A DNA stretch of 64,000 nt. Source: Bacteriovoracia bacterium (GTDB lineage: Bacteria; Bdellovibrionota; UBA1018; CAIPTA01). The notes beneath the pieces were generated by a model. It searched no databases, had not been told where the DNA came from, and worked only from the letters and a program-made list of their open reading frames with translations. The stretch covers positions 198,928 through 262,927 of the forward strand of contig JBFWVL010000002.1 in NCBI GenBank assembly GCA_050246755.1, read 5' to 3'. Below, in pieces: positions 1 through 9,911 of the stretch. How positions within the stretch are numbered: the first letter of the stretch is position 1; every line of letters begins with the position of its first letter. Position numbers and translations under genes: made by a program.

Positions 1-122
1 GCCAGTCCGGCCTGGGCCGGGGATCGGGTTCCTTTGCGCCGGTGGCGATCGATGAGCAGACGGGCTCGGTCTACGTGCTGTCCAACTATAGCCGCGTGCA
101 TGAATTCCGGCTGAATCTCTAG
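1..122 (+). CDS. 3' end of an upstream CDS (partial; ...SVYVLSNYSRVHEFRLNL*), product unknown
   Basis: Open frame running from the window edge to a TAG at 120-122. No recognisable motif. Confidence 0.3.
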   Translation, partial: QSGLGRGSGSFAPVAIDEQTGSVYVLSNYSRVHEFRLNL

Positions 123-126
123 AGCC

Positions 127-720
127 ATGCGAAAAACGCCTCTCCTTGATCTCGGCAACGTTATCCTCAAGGTAGATTTCGCGCCCTTCCTCGATTGGCT
201 GAAAAGCAAGGCGGGCCCGCATAACCTAGCCCGCGCCGAGGCCTTCCTTTCCAGCTCCCTTTTCTTCGATTTCGAGTTCGGCAGTATTGGCCGGGTGGAT
301 TTTGCCCGCCGCCTTTCTGATCTCTACGGCACTAGCATCACGGTAGCCGAGGTGGAGAAGCACTTTTGCGATATTTTTCCTGGTCCCGTGGAAGGCATGG
401 ACGTCCTGATGGAAGAGCTTCTGGCGGAGGGGCCGGTCTACGCGCTCTCCAATACAAATGAAATCCATTTAGATTGGCTGCGCCTGCACTGCCCGCTGGT
501 AAAACGCTTCACCAAGCTCTATGCTTCCCATGAGATCCATATGCGAAAGCCTTACCCGGGCATTTATCGGGCGGTGGCCGAAAGCCTTGATTTGGAGGCC
601 CGCGATATGGTGTTTTTTGATGACTTGCACGCCAACGTGCAGGGGGCGCTGAGGGCAGGGATGGATGCCCACGTTTTTGCCGGCCCGGAGCATATCCGGA
701 CCGTGATGAAGAGTTTTTAG
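127..720 (+). CDS. HAD-IA family hydrolase, YihX-like (sugar-phosphate phosphatase-like)
   Basis: N-terminal LLDLGNV (DxD-type nucleophile motif), LSNTN, MRKPYPGIY, and VFFDDLxxNVxGA. This layout is typical of HAD subfamily IA / YihX. Confidence 0.7.
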   Translation: MRKTPLLDLGNVILKVDFAPFLDWLKSKAGPHNLARAEAFLSSSLFFDFEFGSIGRVDFARRLSDLYGTSITVAEVEKHFCDIFPGPVEGMDVLMEELLAEGPVYALSNTNEIHLDWLRLHCPLVKRFTKLYASHEIHMRKPYPGIYRAVAESLDLEARDMVFFDDLHANVQGALRAGMDAHVFAGPEHIRTVMKSF

Positions 721-753
721 GAAACGGACGATACAGACTATTAGGGGGGACCC

Positions 754-1941
754 ATGGGCAAGAATATTAGCAAATTATTGATTTTATTGACTATTTTAAT
801 GCCGTTCGGAGCCGTGGCGGCTCTGGCAGACCACGCCAAGATTGAAGCGATCGGCGGGGCCGCTAGCGTGAGCGTGAAGCGCGACGGGAAGACGGTGGAG
901 CTGAAAAAGGGTGAATTTCTCCAATCCGGGGATGAGCTCTTCACCAACGATCATACCGCCGCCGATATCCGCTTCGACGACCAGACCCTCGTGCGGGTGG
1001 GCGTGAATTCCACGTATAAAATCGTGGAAGATACCGGGGCTACCAAGTTCCTGCATCGCCTCTTTTCGGGGGTAGTGCGCGTGCTCGTGCCGGTGAAAAA
1101 GGAAGCCAAAACGGACGAAATTAAGTTCAAGATGAAGACTCCGCAGGGAACCATCGGCGTGAGGGGAACGGAATTCACCGTGGCCATCGGCGAACAGGGC
1201 ACCACCCTGAAAGGCCTCAGCGGCGAAGTGATGTTCGGCCCGGAAAATGCCGAGTTTTCCGATACTAGTAAGTTTGTTTATGTTGGGCGCGGAATGGAAA
1301 GCTCCGTGGCCGCCAATAAAGCACCGGCTAAGCCCAAAAAATACGACCTCGAGAAGTACCTCAAGGAAATCGACAAGGGCGACGGTATTTTCGGGGGCGT
1401 GGCCAAGCGTTCGAATCTGAATATGCTCCGCCGCGGCGAAAGTGCGCCGGTGGTGGTGGCGGCCAATACCGCGCCGGTGAAGGAAGCAGCCAAACCGATC
1501 AAAGCGGGCGGCGCTTCGAAGGCTGAAGTGAAAGCTCCGGCTAAGAAAAGCCTCGATGAGCAGTTGATGGACCAGGTGATGATGGGCAACTTACCGAAGG
1601 TGCAGAACCTCGTGAAGAACGGTGCCAACGTGAACTACCAGGATGAGGATGGGAACTCTTCCCTCCACTTCGCCGTGCTCAAAGAGCACCAAGAAATCAT
1701 CCAGTTCCTGATTATCAAGGGCGCGAAGGTGAATATCCAGACGAAGATGGGCACCACTCCACTCATGCAGGTAGCGATCGACAATGCTCCCAAGATCATC
1801 GCCGATCTTCTGGTGCAGAACGATGCCGATCCTAAGATCAAAAATAAGGACGGCTTCACCGCGCTGGATATCGCGGAAAGCAAAACGGGTAATGCGCGGG
1901 ACGAAGCGCTCATCGCGTTCCTGAGGAAAGTTACGAAGTAA
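754..1941 (+). CDS. Secreted FecR-like domain protein with C-terminal ankyrin repeats
   Basis: Signal peptide (LLILLTILMPFGAVAALA). C-terminus has three ANK-like repeats (GNSSLHFAVLKEHQEII..., GTTPLMQVAID..., DGFTALDIAE). Confidence 0.55.
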   Translation: MGKNISKLLILLTILMPFGAVAALADHAKIEAIGGAASVSVKRDGKTVELKKGEFLQSGDELFTNDHTAADIRFDDQTLVRVGVNSTYKIVEDTGATKFLHRLFSGVVRVLVPVKKEAKTDEIKFKMKTPQGTIGVRGTEFTVAIGEQGTTLKGLSGEVMFGPENAEFSDTSKFVYVGRGMESSVAANKAPAKPKKYDLEKYLKEIDKGDGIFGGVAKRSNLNMLRRGESAPVVVAANTAPVKEAAKPIKAGGASKAEVKAPAKKSLDEQLMDQVMMGNLPKVQNLVKNGANVNYQDEDGNSSLHFAVLKEHQEIIQFLIIKGAKVNIQTKMGTTPLMQVAIDNAPKIIADLLVQNDADPKIKNKDGFTALDIAESKTGNARDEALIAFLRKVTK

Positions 1942-1967
1942 TTCCTTCGTACAAAGAGAAAAGAAAA

Positions 1968-1998
1968 AGGAGCCCGAGTGGCTCCTTTTTCTTTTTAG
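1968..1998. terminator. Bidirectional rho-independent terminator between convergent genes
   Basis: GGAGCC-CGAGT-GGCTCC hairpin followed by TTTTTCTTTTT, with an A-tract upstream. Confidence 0.5.
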
Positions 1999-2690
1999 CT
2001 AATCGCCAATTTCATCGGTGGGCTTTTGAGGTGTTCCTGGCGCAAACGCAGCAAGAAATCCCGGCGCGTGATGTAGTGCCCCCCCAGGTGTTCCGTTACG
2101 GGAGTGAGCATTTGAATGTCCATCCACTGGAGCCCGAGAGATTTTAGTTTCAGCGCCATTTCCACCAGCGCGAGTTTCGATACATTGGGCTCGAGGTGGA
2201 ACATGCTTTCCCCTGAAAACACGCCCTTCACATAGACCCCGTAGAGGCCCCCCACGAGCTCTTCTCCGCGCCATACCTCCACGCTATGCGCGTAGCCGGC
2301 TTCGTGGAACTTCGTGTAGGAGGGAATCAAAGTAGGGATGATCCAGGTGCCTTCTTGGCCGGGGCGCGGCTGCTTGGCGCACTCTTCGATTACACGGGAG
2401 AAGGATCTATTGAAGGTGAAATGGTAAGTGCCTTTTTTGCGGAGCCGCTCGAGGCTGCGGGGAATATGGAGGTCGTTAAAATCGATCACGCCGCGGGGCT
2501 CGGGGCAGAACCAGAAGAGGGGATAGGATTCTTCGAGGGGCCAGGGGAAGATTCCCTGCGAATAGGCCTGCACGAGAGTTTCGGGCTCGAGGTTCCCGCC
2601 GATATAAATCAGGCCGTCGGATTCTTCTGGGAGAATCCAGGGATCCGGGAATTTTACCTGACCGAGATTTATGGGCTTACGGGTATTCAT
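1995..2690 (-). CDS. aat: Leucyl/phenylalanyl-tRNA--protein transferase
   Basis: Length ~231 aa with motifs GIFPWP, FWFCPEPRGV, GESMFH, and the HLGG region typical of Aat. Confidence 0.85.
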   Translation of the reverse strand: MNTRKPINLGQVKFPDPWILPEESDGLIYIGGNLEPETLVQAYSQGIFPWPLEESYPLFWFCPEPRGVIDFNDLHIPRSLERLRKKGTYHFTFNRSFSRVIEECAKQPRPGQEGTWIIPTLIPSYTKFHEAGYAHSVEVWRGEELVGGLYGVYVKGVFSGESMFHLEPNVSKLALVEMALKLKSLGLQWMDIQMLTPVTEHLGGHYITRRDFLLRLRQEHLKSPPMKLAIS

Positions 2691-2771
2691 CCTTGGCTAG
2701 AACCCTCTGCCTCCATTGTAGCAGTTTGCATGGCTATCGCTGCGAAAGAATTTCTGGGGTAGAATTTTTTT

Positions 2772-3629
2772 ATGAAATTGAAAATCATGTTCCTTTCCAT
2801 GGCCTTCGGCGCTTCGGCCTTCGCCGCGCATACTCCGGAGGAAAGCAAAGCGCTTTTCGCGCTCTGGGGCAAAGTGGAGCAGCCCTTCGAGGCGGGAAAA
2901 ACGCAGGCAATCGGGCTTTACGGCGGCGGCTGCCTCCTGGGGGCCCAGGCGCTGCCCATGGACGGGAAGAATTTCTCGGTGATGCGCCCTTCGCGGAAAC
3001 GTTATTTCGGGCATCCGGATCTATTGAACTTCATCGAAAACCTAGCGGACGAAATGAAGGCAAAAAAAATGCCGCGCATTCTCGTGGGAGATTTGGGCCG
3101 GCCCCGCGGCGGGCCAATGATTTCCGGGCATGCGAGCCACCAGATCGGCCTCGACGTGGATATCTGGTTTCGCCTTTCGAAAAAAAAACCTAGCGCGCGC
3201 GAGCGGGAAAGCTGGAACTCAGGATCCCTAGTGGAAAAAAATCGCTACGTGAGGAGAGGCTGGACCAATCAGCAGCGCCTGCTCGTGGCGCTCGCCGCGG
3301 CCAAGCCCGAAGTGGAAAGAGTGTTCGTGAATCCGGGGATCAAGAAGGACCTCTGCCAAAAATTCGCCGATGCTCCCTGGCAGTATAAAGTAAGGGCCTG
3401 GTGGGGGCACGATGATCACCTGCATGTGAGATTATTTTGCCCCAAAGATAGCCCCAATTGCCGCAAGCAGGACCCGCTCGATCCGAAGGTGAACCAGTGC
3501 GGCAGCGAGCTCGCCTGGTGGTTCTCGAAAGAAGCGGAAGAAGAATGGGCCGCGAAGAAAAAGCAGATCGCCGCCCGTGAATTTCCGGAGCTCCCTAAGG
3601 ATTGCGCGCAAATGGTGGAAAAATTATGA
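2772..3629 (+). CDS. mepA: Penicillin-insensitive murein endopeptidase
   Basis: Signal peptide. GHASHQIGLDVDIWF and WWGHDDHLHVR match MepA zinc-binding His motifs. Confidence 0.85.
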   Translation: MKLKIMFLSMAFGASAFAAHTPEESKALFALWGKVEQPFEAGKTQAIGLYGGGCLLGAQALPMDGKNFSVMRPSRKRYFGHPDLLNFIENLADEMKAKKMPRILVGDLGRPRGGPMISGHASHQIGLDVDIWFRLSKKKPSARERESWNSGSLVEKNRYVRRGWTNQQRLLVALAAAKPEVERVFVNPGIKKDLCQKFADAPWQYKVRAWWGHDDHLHVRLFCPKDSPNCRKQDPLDPKVNQCGSELAWWFSKEAEEEWAAKKKQIAAREFPELPKDCAQMVEKL

Positions 3630-5191
3630 ACATGAGGCTCATTGGTTTCTTCCTGGATTTTTCCGGTCCGATCGCTTTGCTGGGACTGTTGCTTTGGCTG
3701 CGTTCCCTCAAAGATATCATCGAGTGGCCGAACTTTCGCGGCGAATGGCCGCTGGCGGCGCTCGCGCTCCTAAGCTCCGCGATCATTTTTCTTTCGGTGT
3801 CGGTAGACTTCAAGGTGCTCAGCGACGAAACCAATCTGCTCTCGGTGGCGAATATGCTTACGCTATTCGGCAAGGCTTCCAATACCGAACTCGTCACGCA
3901 TTATTATCACCTTCCTCACGCGCTCAACTTCGCGATGCCCACGCGGCCGGTTCTTTTCCCCGTGCTGATCTCGCTCGTGCAGCACGCAGTGGGGGTGCAC
4001 CATTGGGCGCCCTTCGTGGTGAATTTCGCGCTCACGTTCGTATTGTTTTGGCTAACTCTTCACTGGGCGCGGCGCATGCTTTCCGCGAGCCTGAGCCCCG
4101 TGCTGGTTTCCACGCTGGCCCTGCTGATGAGCCCGGTGCTGGCGATCGTGGCCACTTCGGCGGGCTATGATCTTTGCTCTCTGGTTTTTGCCTTTGCGCT
4201 CTTTCTCTTGCTGGGGCGCTATAATGAAAAGCGGGACGCGCGCACCCTCCAAGCTATTTTCTACGGCATGGTTTGTTTTGCTTCCGTGCGCTACGAATCC
4301 ATCGCGGCTTTTCCTCTGTTGGTTTTGGGGCTGGTTTTGTTCGAGCGTTTGGCCTGGATCAAGAAGGTTTCGGCGCCCGTGCTGGGCTTCGTGGCGCTAT
4401 TGCTGCTACCCCTCGTATTGCAGCGCTACCTCACGTGGGGAAACTTTGAAAATCCCCCCGGCGTTCCGGCTTTTTCGCTAAGCCATTTGTGGCATCATCT
4501 GCCGGTTTTCCTGCGTACGTTTTTTCTTGATCCTTCGGGACCGTATCCTATCCTGCTGCACTGGCTGGGGATGGGAGGCTTGCTGCTGAGCCTGCGTACG
4601 TTGCGAGAATACGGCTGGCTGCCGCTTTGCTACGGGCTTTTTCTCGTGTGCTTGCTGCTCGCGCACCACTTCGGCTTTGCCGATCACCCCACGCAAGCGC
4701 GGTTATTCCTCCCGCTCTCTTTTGCGCTCGGACTTTGCGGCCTCTACTGCCTTTCGCGCCTAGAGAAATGGAGCGATCCGCGGGCGATCCTGGCGATTTT
4801 TCTCCTTCTTTTCGTGCACCACCACCAATATGCGGTGAGCGATCCCCTGAGCACCCAGCTCACGATGACGCGGGAAATGCGGCATATCCGGGTATTTTTG
4901 GCCAAGGACGATCACCGCGACGATTTGATCGTCTATGACCGCCCTGGCCAGCTTTCCGCCCTAGGATTCAGCGCGGTTTCTTGGACTTATTTTAACGAGC
5001 ACCGGGCCGAGCTATTGCTGGGATTGAAGAATCGCCTTTACCAGAAGGTGATCGCGATCGACCGCGTTCGCTACGATACGCTGCCCGGAAAAGAATTCGT
5101 GTCGGGAGAGGGATATCGTTTGAATGCTTTGCGCGAGCACCAGCTAAGCCCCGACGAGCGTTTGCGGCTCTCGCAGATGGAATTGAATTAG
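3626..5191 (+). CDS. Polytopic inner-membrane protein of unknown function (more than 10 TM helices)
   Basis: Start chosen at MNMRL, which overlaps the mepA stop by ATGA. Highly hydrophobic repeated helices. Possibly a glycosyltransferase-39-like or ArnT-like membrane protein, but no diagnostic motif was found. Confidence 0.45.
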   Translation: MNMRLIGFFLDFSGPIALLGLLLWLRSLKDIIEWPNFRGEWPLAALALLSSAIIFLSVSVDFKVLSDETNLLSVANMLTLFGKASNTELVTHYYHLPHALNFAMPTRPVLFPVLISLVQHAVGVHHWAPFVVNFALTFVLFWLTLHWARRMLSASLSPVLVSTLALLMSPVLAIVATSAGYDLCSLVFAFALFLLLGRYNEKRDARTLQAIFYGMVCFASVRYESIAAFPLLVLGLVLFERLAWIKKVSAPVLGFVALLLLPLVLQRYLTWGNFENPPGVPAFSLSHLWHHLPVFLRTFFLDPSGPYPILLHWLGMGGLLLSLRTLREYGWLPLCYGLFLVCLLLAHHFGFADHPTQARLFLPLSFALGLCGLYCLSRLEKWSDPRAILAIFLLLFVHHHQYAVSDPLSTQLTMTREMRHIRVFLAKDDHRDDLIVYDRPGQLSALGFSAVSWTYFNEHRAELLLGLKNRLYQKVIAIDRVRYDTLPGKEFVSGEGYRLNALREHQLSPDERLRLSQMELN

Positions 5192-6204
5192 CGGCGCTTC
5201 TTTTCGTTTCTCTTCTTGCCGTGCTTGGCGGCCTTTTTTCCCTCGGAGGAAATTTGCGCCCGCAATTTTAGAAAGCTTTCATATTCCCCGGAATCGAGTT
5301 GCCCATCGGCGATGGCTTGTTTTACCGCGCAGCCGGGCTCGCTTTCGTGGCCGCAATTGGAAAAGCGGCAGCTGGCGGCGAGTTCTTCGATACGGCTGAA
5401 ACGGGCGCCGAGTCCTTCGGTTTGGGAGGCGTCGAGCTGAATCTCGCGCAGGCCCGGAGTGTCGATCACGAGCGCGCCGTTAGGCATCACGATCATGCGC
5501 CGGGAGGTGGTGGTATGGCGGCCGCGGTCGTCGCCTTCGCGGATGGACTTTGTGGTTTGCTCTTCCCGCTCTAATAGAGAATTCACGAGGGTGGATTTTC
5601 CCACGCCCGAGCTGCCGAGGAATACGTAGGTGAGGCCGCGCGTGAGCATCTTTTCGAGATCGGAAATCCCGGTGCCGCTCACCGAGCTGAGGGAGAGGCA
5701 GGGCACGGAATATTTCGCGGCAAGATCGCGCAGTATTTTTTCGGAGCCGGGAGGATCCAGGTCGGCCTTGGTGAGCAGGATGGCGGCCTTGGCGCCGGAT
5801 TCATGGATGATCGTTAAGTAGCGATCGATGCGCTTGGGGTTGAAATCTCGATTGGCGGAGGTGACCACGAAGGCCATATCTACGTTCGCAACGAGTAACT
5901 GGATGGCCTCATCGGTGCCGGGAGCTTTTCTTTTGAGGAGGGTTTTGCGGGGCAGAACCGACTGGATGATTCCCTTCTGCTCGTTGCCCACGGATTTGAG
6001 AACTACCCAATCGCCGGCGATAGGACGCTCGGCCCGGTCGGTTTTTGGATGCAGGAGCTTGCCGGAGAGCTGGGCCTGGATGAAGCCTTTCTCGGTGACG
6101 ACGGAGAAAAGAGTGCGCTGCTCTTCTACCACACGGCCGAGGAATTCACCCTCGTCAGTTTCGGCGGAAAAGAAGGCGGAATGTCCCCAGTCGGATAGAT
6201 TCAT
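5188..6204 (-). CDS. rsgA: Ribosome small-subunit-dependent GTPase A
   Basis: Circularly permuted GTPase: LLTKADL (G4), GSSGVGKSTL (G1), DTPG (G3), C-terminal Zn cluster CRFSNCGHESEPGCAV. Confidence 0.85.
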   Translation of the reverse strand: MNLSDWGHSAFFSAETDEGEFLGRVVEEQRTLFSVVTEKGFIQAQLSGKLLHPKTDRAERPIAGDWVVLKSVGNEQKGIIQSVLPRKTLLKRKAPGTDEAIQLLVANVDMAFVVTSANRDFNPKRIDRYLTIIHESGAKAAILLTKADLDPPGSEKILRDLAAKYSVPCLSLSSVSGTGISDLEKMLTRGLTYVFLGSSGVGKSTLVNSLLEREEQTTKSIREGDDRGRHTTTSRRMIVMPNGALVIDTPGLREIQLDASQTEGLGARFSRIEELAASCRFSNCGHESEPGCAVKQAIADGQLDSGEYESFLKLRAQISSEGKKAAKHGKKRNEKKRR

Positions 6205-7515
6205 TTAGTTCCGGTTTAGTTCGTCGCGGATTTGCGGCATGGTTACCCAGCGGATCTCTTGCTTAGTATTTTCCAGCGAGTCCGAATAGTCCATCAAGAT
6301 CTTGGTGGCTGCCAAAGATTGCGGGTGGATATCGTGGAAGAGAATGATCCCACGCTTGGAAAGCAGCATTTGTTTTTTCACCCGTGCGAACACGCTCTCG
6401 GCATTTTTGTCCTGCCAGTCGAGGGAATCCACGTTCCAGAAAACGTGGATCATGTTTTCATCGGCGATGCGCTGGCGTACGGCGAGGGAATTGCGGCCGG
6501 CACCGTAGGGAGTGCGGAAGAATTCGGGGCGTGAACCGTAGAGGCGGGTTTCGAGCGCGGTGGAATCCAAGATCTCGTGGTCGAGCTTGTCTCCCGAAGC
6601 CTTGCTGAGGTCGGCGTGGGTAAAGGAATGGTTATTGAGCGACATTCCGGCCGAACGCGCGTAGGCCACGGCGTCTTTGTTTCCGCTCACGTTGCGGGCG
6701 AGCCAGAAAAAACTCACCTTATGGCCGTGGGCGCGTACGGTGTCCACCACTTGCTTGGTATAGGTGGGGTGGGGGCCGTCGTCGAAGGTGAGGGCCCAGG
6801 TATGAAGCGGGAAATTGGTGCCGATCATGTTTCCTTCCGGGCCGGTGCCTGGTCGGATCTTCGCCGATTTTCTTGCCACGCCGGCGTCGAAATCGAGTCC
6901 GGAAGAGGCCTGCGGCTCCGCGGGATCGGAGAAATCCATGTCACTGGTGATTTCGGCCATCTCGAGATCGAGGAGCGAGGGCACGAGCTGCAGCTTGAAG
7001 CCGGGCTTGCTCTCGGCTATCGGGAAGCCGAGCTTGGGCTGCAGGAAGGCAGAAAATTTTTCTTCTACCAGGCCCGCGAGGGAGGCTTCGTGGCCGGAAA
7101 TATTTTCGAACAATACTTTCGCGGCGCTGCGGTCGGCATTGGGCAAAGCGGCTAGTTTAGCCTGCATCGCCTGGATCGTTTTCGCGGCCTGGGCCGGATT
7201 GCTCGCCTGGATCGTTTCGAGCTCTTCCCCGATGGCTTCGGCGTCGTTTTCTTTCAGCTCGCGGAGGGCCAGGAGCTGACGGTAGCTGTTTGAGCGACGG
7301 AGTGGATTAGCGTTCTCCCCGTTTTTAAGCATCTGGTCGAGCTCGCGGTCGAACTCCGCCATCGCTTTCTCTGCACGCTGGTGAGCCTGCACAAAGTGAT
7401 CGATGCGCTGGGTGAGCGGCGTATCGGAGATGGCGGCCAGGGCCGGGGAGGCGATTAAAAATCCGAGAGCAAGAAACATGGACGGTACTCCTCTATGACA
7501 AGTAAAGTTATTCAT
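6205..7515 (-). CDS. Polysaccharide deacetylase (NodB domain) family protein, secreted
   Basis: NodB motifs LTFDDGPHP and NHSFTHADL. N-terminal signal peptide. Start could alternatively be the internal MFLALG at 7479. Confidence 0.7.
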   Translation of the reverse strand: MNNFTCHRGVPSMFLALGFLIASPALAAISDTPLTQRIDHFVQAHQRAEKAMAEFDRELDQMLKNGENANPLRRSNSYRQLLALRELKENDAEAIGEELETIQASNPAQAAKTIQAMQAKLAALPNADRSAAKVLFENISGHEASLAGLVEEKFSAFLQPKLGFPIAESKPGFKLQLVPSLLDLEMAEITSDMDFSDPAEPQASSGLDFDAGVARKSAKIRPGTGPEGNMIGTNFPLHTWALTFDDGPHPTYTKQVVDTVRAHGHKVSFFWLARNVSGNKDAVAYARSAGMSLNNHSFTHADLSKASGDKLDHEILDSTALETRLYGSRPEFFRTPYGAGRNSLAVRQRIADENMIHVFWNVDSLDWQDKNAESVFARVKKQMLLSKRGIILFHDIHPQSLAATKILMDYSDSLENTKQEIRWVTMPQIRDELNRN

Positions 7516-8362
7516 CGAGAAACTTATTCATTTTCTCCAGGTAGGCGTCGAGGTCTACCTCTTCGCTGAACCCGGGATTTTTTTGTTCGATGATCCGGGA
7601 AAAACTTTGAATGCCGGTTTGGGCCTTGAAGCGGAGCTCGCCCTTTAGACGCTCGAAGAGCTGGTCGCCGCTGATACCGCTCACGAGGCGGGAAATTTTA
7701 TCGCCCGAATATTGGGCGCGCTTCACCGCTTCGCGGGCCTCGGCCTCGGCCAGGCGGATTTGTTTTTGCAGCCAAAGCAAACCCATGGGATCGAAGCGGT
7801 TTCCGCTTTCCTTATATTTTTTCGCGTAGAGGTAAATCTTGCCAGCGCGCTGAATCACCGAGATGGTTTCAGCTACGCCGATCAGGGTATTGGCCCAGGG
7901 TGGGGCCGCAGCGGGGTCCGGGTAGGCGCGGAGAAAAAGATCACGGGCGCGGGCGAATTCGCGCTTGTCGGCGTCGGGAGCTTGCACGAAGATCCGCTTC
8001 ACGAGGCATTTCGGATCCACCCCGCTGAAACTCGCGAGCTTTTCGTTAGAACATTTGGGGAATAGGGCTTGAACTTCGGCCGAGCCTGTTGGCTGCTCTC
8101 CGCTCACGCGTGCGGCGAAAGCAAGGGGCTCGATGCCGGATTGGCCGAGGTAGGCCTGGGCCAGAATGAATCGTAGTTTTTGGTTCTGGGGAACGGTGCC
8201 GTTGCGATTCTCGATCAGCCAAACCGCTTTTTCGTACTGGTGCTCGTTGAGCAGAGCCACCGCTTCGCTTTCGTTCTCGGCGGTATTGTAGCGATCGGCC
8301 GTTTCGGGCGCGCAGCCCTGGAGCACGAGAAGTCCGGCGAAGACGGAGAGTATAGTTTTCAT
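7508..8362 (-). CDS. Lipoprotein of unknown function
   Basis: Start taken at MKTILSVFAGLLVLQGC (lipobox), forming an ATGA overlap with the upstream gene's stop. The maximal ORF extends to 8389. Confidence 0.4.
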   Translation of the reverse strand: MKTILSVFAGLLVLQGCAPETADRYNTAENESEAVALLNEHQYEKAVWLIENRNGTVPQNQKLRFILAQAYLGQSGIEPLAFAARVSGEQPTGSAEVQALFPKCSNEKLASFSGVDPKCLVKRIFVQAPDADKREFARARDLFLRAYPDPAAAPPWANTLIGVAETISVIQRAGKIYLYAKKYKESGNRFDPMGLLWLQKQIRLAEAEAREAVKRAQYSGDKISRLVSGISGDQLFERLKGELRFKAQTGIQSFSRIIEQKNPGFSEEVDLDAYLEKMNKFLDE

Positions 8363-9408
8363 AGCGCTACTCCGATGGAAGCTTGCCAAAGCCGTGTTTT
8401 TTCACGGTTCGGGGTAAGGAAGTTCTGGATGCCGTAGGTGGAAGCGTTGAGGAGAACGGGGCCGATTTGCAAATCCACGCCGCCCCCGAGGCTGCCGCCG
8501 AAAAGGCCGCCATAGACGGCGACGTTGGGCAGAGAGCTTTCGGTGAGGATGCGCATGATTCCGCCCACGCCGCTCACCGAGCCGAAGCCGGGAAAGATTT
8601 GCAGCTTCTGCTGGTAGTCCCAGGTGATGGGCAGGGAGAAAAAAGGATAAGGGTCCTGGCCGAGCACGCTGATGATGCCGAGGCGGGTGCGGCTCGAGAG
8701 CCAGGTGTCCACCTCCTTGAGCCACTCGTTCTGTAGGCGCCAGCGCCAGGCGGCGAAGCTGCGGTCTTCATTGGGGCGGCTCACGGCCACCGGGGCAGTG
8801 GAATGAAAAAATACCCCGCGCACGAGCGCATCGGTGGCGATCGAAAAGTCTTCTTCGAGGAGGGAATGGTCGAGCAAGTTCACCTGGGCGCCCGCAAGCA
8901 GGAGGGTGCCCGAGCGCACGGGGATGGCGTCGATGAGCTCGGCGCCCTGGGCATAGAGGCGTTTTTCGGTGCCGAGGCCGGCGAGCCCTTTTACTTCGAG
9001 GAAAGTCTGGCGATCGGCATCGGGAGTGGAGCGAAAGCCGAAGGAGGTGATGCCCGCGCGGTTCAGGTAGGCCTGGATCTCGGGCGAGATCGGATTGCTC
9101 ACTTCACCGCCGGCGAGGGCTTCGGCCTGAGTTCCGATCACGGCCTGGCCGAGGAGGCCGCCGCTAAAGTAGTCATGTTTATAGGCGTAGTTTGCGTGCA
9201 GGTAGGAAAAAAGTAGGTCCGGTTTGCCGTAGCGGTCGTAGAGGGTCTGGTTGATCGCGCCGAGATCGCCGCGCTTGTCTTGCACGTCGTTCACGGTATT
9301 CCAGAAATCTCGGCTCTGGGCGTAGGAAACGCCGATTTGTAAATCCGTGGCGTGGGCCGTGCCGGAAAATACGAAGGCTAAGCTGAGAAATAGCAGTGGA
9401 GCGCGCAT
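8359..9408 (-). CDS. Secreted hypothetical protein
   Basis: Signal peptide MRAPLLFLSLAFVFSGTAHA. No recognised domain. Confidence 0.4.
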   Translation of the reverse strand: MRAPLLFLSLAFVFSGTAHATDLQIGVSYAQSRDFWNTVNDVQDKRGDLGAINQTLYDRYGKPDLLFSYLHANYAYKHDYFSGGLLGQAVIGTQAEALAGGEVSNPISPEIQAYLNRAGITSFGFRSTPDADRQTFLEVKGLAGLGTEKRLYAQGAELIDAIPVRSGTLLLAGAQVNLLDHSLLEEDFSIATDALVRGVFFHSTAPVAVSRPNEDRSFAAWRWRLQNEWLKEVDTWLSSRTRLGIISVLGQDPYPFFSLPITWDYQQKLQIFPGFGSVSGVGGIMRILTESSLPNVAVYGGLFGGSLGGGVDLQIGPVLLNASTYGIQNFLTPNREKTRLWQASIGVAL

Positions 9409-9500
9409 TGTTGAGTGAAGTAGTACAACATAGTGAGCGCTTATTAAAGTAAATTAGTCAGATATTGAAGATTTGTTTTAGCGTGGCGGAAGAAGGCACA

Positions 9501-9540
9501 AAAAAGCCCATAAATGATTAAATTTACGGGCTTTTTAAGA
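9501..9540. terminator. Rho-independent terminator (bidirectional-looking)
   Basis: AAAAAGCCCATAAA-tgattaaa-TTTACGGGCTTTTT: a 9-bp stem with one mismatch, flanked by A-tract and T-tract. Confidence 0.45.
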
Positions 9541-9542
9541 TT

Positions 9543-9767
9543 CTATTGAACGGTCGTAGTATTGGTTACCGTGACGGTAGAGGTAGCCGTGGCGGTGACC
9601 GTACCTCCAGATCCCGCCGCCCCAGCGCAAGGCTGGCCGGCTTGCATTAGCTTTAGGCAGGCTACGTCGGCATTAGAGAGGCGTTTGTCTTGCTGGTCGC
9701 CGCAACCCACCACGAGGATGGTAGCGATCGCGAGAGTGACTAGGAGCGAGCATTTAGTCCAATTCAT
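9543..9767 (-). CDS. Small lipoprotein (74 aa) with Thr/Val-rich C-terminal tail
   Basis: Internal start MNWTK is preceded by a strong GGAGGA SD. Lipobox LVVGC. C-terminal TVTATATSTVTVTNTTTVQ. The maximal ORF 9543..9863 has an unlikely N-terminal extension. Confidence 0.4.
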   Translation of the reverse strand: MNWTKCSLLVTLAIATILVVGCGDQQDKRLSNADVACLKLMQAGQPCAGAAGSGGTVTATATSTVTVTNTTTVQ

Positions 9768-9911
9768 ACATTCCTCCTCTGCACGAGGCTTCAAGGCCCG
9801 GCAGGTTTGAGAGCCGAGTGGCCCTCTTATTTCTTTAACGGCCAAATCGACGAAAATCTGCAACGTTACCTAAGTAGGGTAAGGTCTATCTCTTTGAAAA
9901 TAAAGGATAAT